A model generated the notes under the pieces. That model saw only the letters and a program-made list of their open reading frames with translations. It had not been told where the DNA came from and did not search any database. A stretch of 64,000 bases of DNA from Clostridia bacterium (lineage in GTDB: Bacteria; Bacillota; Clostridia; JAAYHZ01). Shown here piece by piece: positions 63,097 to 64,000 of the stretch; the first letter of the stretch is position 1; every line of letters begins with the position of its first letter. The translations under genes were made by a program, and so were the position numbers. Location of the stretch: contig JBMNIH010000004.1 of assembly GCA_050950825.1 (NCBI GenBank), forward strand, positions 1 through 64,000, in the 5' to 3' direction.

Positions 63097-64000
63097 ATGA
63101 AAAGACGATTGCTATGCTTACTGTTAGCTGTCGTTATGCTGGTGGCGTCACTACCTCTCAATGTAGTTGCGGCAAGCATTTACCAAGCACAGTCTAACAG
63201 CCGGCAGACGGAACAACTTCCCTTTAACGATGTGAAAAAGGGAGCCTGGTATTACGATGCAGTGGAGTATGCATACAGGCATAACCTTTTCAACGGAACG
63301 GGAATAAGAACCTTTGCGCCTCTTGGAACCATAACAAGGGCCATGTTTGTAACCGTTTTAGGCAGAATGGTAGGGGTAGACATATCCAAGTATCAAAACA
63401 AATCGACATTCTCGGATGTAGATAACGACGCTTATTATGCCCCCTATGTAGCGTGGGCCGTAGAAAACGGAATTACAACCGGAACAGGCAACGGATTGTT
63501 TTCTCCCGATGAACCGGTAAACCGCGAACAGATGGCGGTTTTTATGGTTCGCCTTTTTGAAGCGTTGGGAATTTCCTTGTCTGAAACGGATGAAACCGAT
63601 TTGCCGAAGGATTTTGACAGCATTTCGGATTATGCCAAGGAAGCGGTCTTAAAGCTGTGGAATGGCGGGATGTTCCAAGGAGACAGCAAGGGTAGATTTA
63701 ATCCGAAGAATAACGCCACACGAGCGGAATGCGCGTCATTCCTTATGCGAATCGACGAGTTGTTGGTTCAAATCGGTTACAAAAAATACGTAACGGAAGA
63801 AAAGCAGGAAGAAAAACCCGTAGTAATTATCGGCGGTGGCGGCACGAATCCCGGACAGGAACCCGGCGAGGAGGGCCCGGAGAAGAAACCTATACCGTTA
63901 CCTTCAAGGACGGCAGCCGTGTCGTAGACACCCTTACCGCCGTGAAGGACCAACCCTTAGGTACCGTTCCCGGGGCGGATAAAACCGCAAAGCAAAACGC
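63097..64000 (+). pseudogene. Secreted SLH-domain surface protein, frameshift at ~63874, continues past the window edge
   Basis: Signal peptide, three SLH repeats (TRA, NREQ, TRAE), then YTVTFKDG (B-repeat-like) open in another frame. Confidence 0.75.

Noticed and set aside
1-64000. CGG reassigned to Trp (alternative genetic code), suggested by W>R at CGG codons
   Set aside because: CGG also encodes conserved Arg (TrpE GSRPRG at 24817; IS256 HFMRN and LERLN), and the same CCGG context gives L>P, Q>R and R>G changes that recoding cannot explain.

Overview
Chromosomal window of a Bacillota (Clostridia-like) bacterium, judged from T-boxes, SLH proteins, sigmaA promoters and AGGAGG RBSs. It is mostly an accessory-gene mosaic: two IS elements (IS1182-like with 16-bp IRs and a 6-bp TSD; IS256 family), a decayed type I R-M remnant next to an HNH nuclease, runs of GNAT/methyltransferase/AAC(3)/APH genes, several regulator-transporter units, an ECF sigma pair, and a LytTR/GHKL-lemA-SLH locus at the right end. 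The core is a tryptophan locus with two Trp T-box units. Unit 1 is trpEGDCF, a 94-aa mini-trpB and an intact trpA. Unit 2 is an intact trpB and a full-length trpA whose active-site loops are degenerate, so the duplicated trpBA pair has decayed reciprocally. A second notable signal runs through the whole window: CTGG/CCAG appears converted to CCGG, even at conserved codons (W>R, L>P, Q>R, R>G). A ~380-nt multi-hairpin leader upstream of lemA is a candidate new cis-regulatory RNA. No rRNA, tRNA or CRISPR array was seen. All family calls come from motif recognition; no database searches were run.
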